Source of the DNA: Lepidodermella squamata
Taxonomy: Eukaryota > Animalia > Gastrotricha
Length of the DNA stretch: 64,000 bases
Reading direction: 5' to 3'
NCBI GenBank assembly: GCA_047495785.1
Contig: JBLDXI010000003.1
Location: 2,604,001 to 2,668,000, forward strand
Positions 63,101 through 64,000 of this stretch are shown here, piece after piece. Made by a program: the position numbers and the translations under genes. The notes beneath the pieces were generated by a model. It did no database searches and was not told where the DNA came from. It saw only the letters and a list, made by a program, of their open reading frames with translations. How positions within the stretch are numbered: the first letter of the stretch is position 1; each line of letters opens with the position of its first letter.

Positions 63101-64000
63101 TGGTTACTTGACGTCAATTCAAGACTCGTTCATCGACTACAAATTGGACGTTGAAGTTGGGCTGAGTAGGAAAATTGAGGTCGCCGTTCAATTCTCGCTG
63201 CCTCACTCCGAATTCGATCAAAGTGTTATGGAGCTGACGATGGGTGGTCAACAGCGTGATTCTATCGTGCTTTTGACTGCTAGTCGCAGGTCGATTTCAG
63301 CAAGATTGGTCGTCCAGGGACAGGAGGACCAAGTTCTTTCAGTCAATTTGGAGAGCATTTTCGAGAAAACGGGCCTGAGTGTTGCTGACGTGATCATCAC
63401 TGCTACCGATTCGGTAAATTTCCTATTAAAAAGACTATATTTAGAAATTGCAAAAAAAATAAAAAATATGAGGAACTAAATTTTAAAATTTTAATGAAAA
63501 AAATATTTAAAAATATAAAAATTTTGAAAATTTCTCAAAGTGAAAATAAATTGGGAGTTGAAGCGAGAAACTCATATTAAAATTTAAAATTTGAAAGAAT
63601 TAAGGTATTTTGTAATTCTTGGGATTTCAGTTCTGGAATTTGTTTGAAAAATTTAAAAAATTTAAAATTTTCAAATTTCAACAATTTTTTACGTTTTTTC
63701 GGAATAACTTCAACTTCAATTTTTAATTCCTATTCAAAATTTCTAAAAATAAGCGAGTATCAAATTTCTATTTTCAAAATGATGAAATTTTAATTATAAA
63801 TCCCTGATTTATAATTATTTTATTTTTTTATTCTTTAGTTTTGGTCATTCGAACTCGCAAACTGTCGATCTGATGCGTTGGAAGACCAAGGCCAGCAATG
63901 TTGGTACTGGCTACCATTCCGTCATTCTGGAAGCTCAAATTTCACCATCTCCCGCCTCAGTCGCATCCTAATCGGCTCAACCCGAATTTCAACCCGAACA
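51188..64000 (+). CDS. FAT4: Fat-type giant protocadherin (FAT4 / Drosophila fat-like), >3800 aa, runs off the window
   Basis: Exons 51188-52240, 52360-52696, 52749-55585, 55993-56367, 56508-57587, 57639-61699, 61916-63413 and 63839 to the window end, all phase-compatible. Signal peptide and many LDRE/LDFE and DxNDNxP cadherin motifs. The N-terminal repeats (EEQPVG; FSE...LLDAASDLDSNENGVD..SYSIVSGNE) resemble FAT4. Orthology to Fat rather than Dachsous is an inference. Confidence 0.8.

Overview
This is eukaryotic (invertebrate animal) genomic DNA with GT-AG introns, most of them 49-56 nt. The organism cannot be identified from the window. By manual splicing I can support 11 protein-coding genes: two tandem Pro-rich proteins with acidic Tyr tails (52-1155, 1752-2618, +); midnolin (7087-8464, -); an RWDD3/RSUME-like gene (9949-10403, +); ALG6 (10451-15746, +); an unusually long Myc (17929-22287, -); acetyl-CoA synthetase (29403-36406, -); UTP14 (36475-38448, -); TMEM186 (38847-39425, +); Nup107 (39521-44322, +); and a Fat4/fat-type giant cadherin (51188 to beyond 64000, +). 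Four observations stand out. (1) Housekeeping genes sit in three same-strand pairs separated by only 47-95 nt (RWDD3>ALG6, UTP14>ACS, TMEM186>Nup107). Each pair has a splice-acceptor AG just before the downstream ATG, and the pairs run out from two divergent promoters that share CTGTCACGTGAC. This suggests operon-like polycistronic transcription, possibly with spliced-leader (SL) trans-splicing. (2) ALG6 intron 3 contains a minimal hammerhead ribozyme inside a ~300 nt insert with 13 nt direct repeats, next to a ~130 nt multi-helix, possibly pseudoknotted RNA of unknown class. (3) The large introns hold relics of CACTA/EnSpm-like, PIF1/Helitron-like, LINE and terminal-inverted-repeat (TIR) elements. 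(4) Myc and midnolin have divergent regulatory motifs. All homology calls come from motif recognition; no searches were run.
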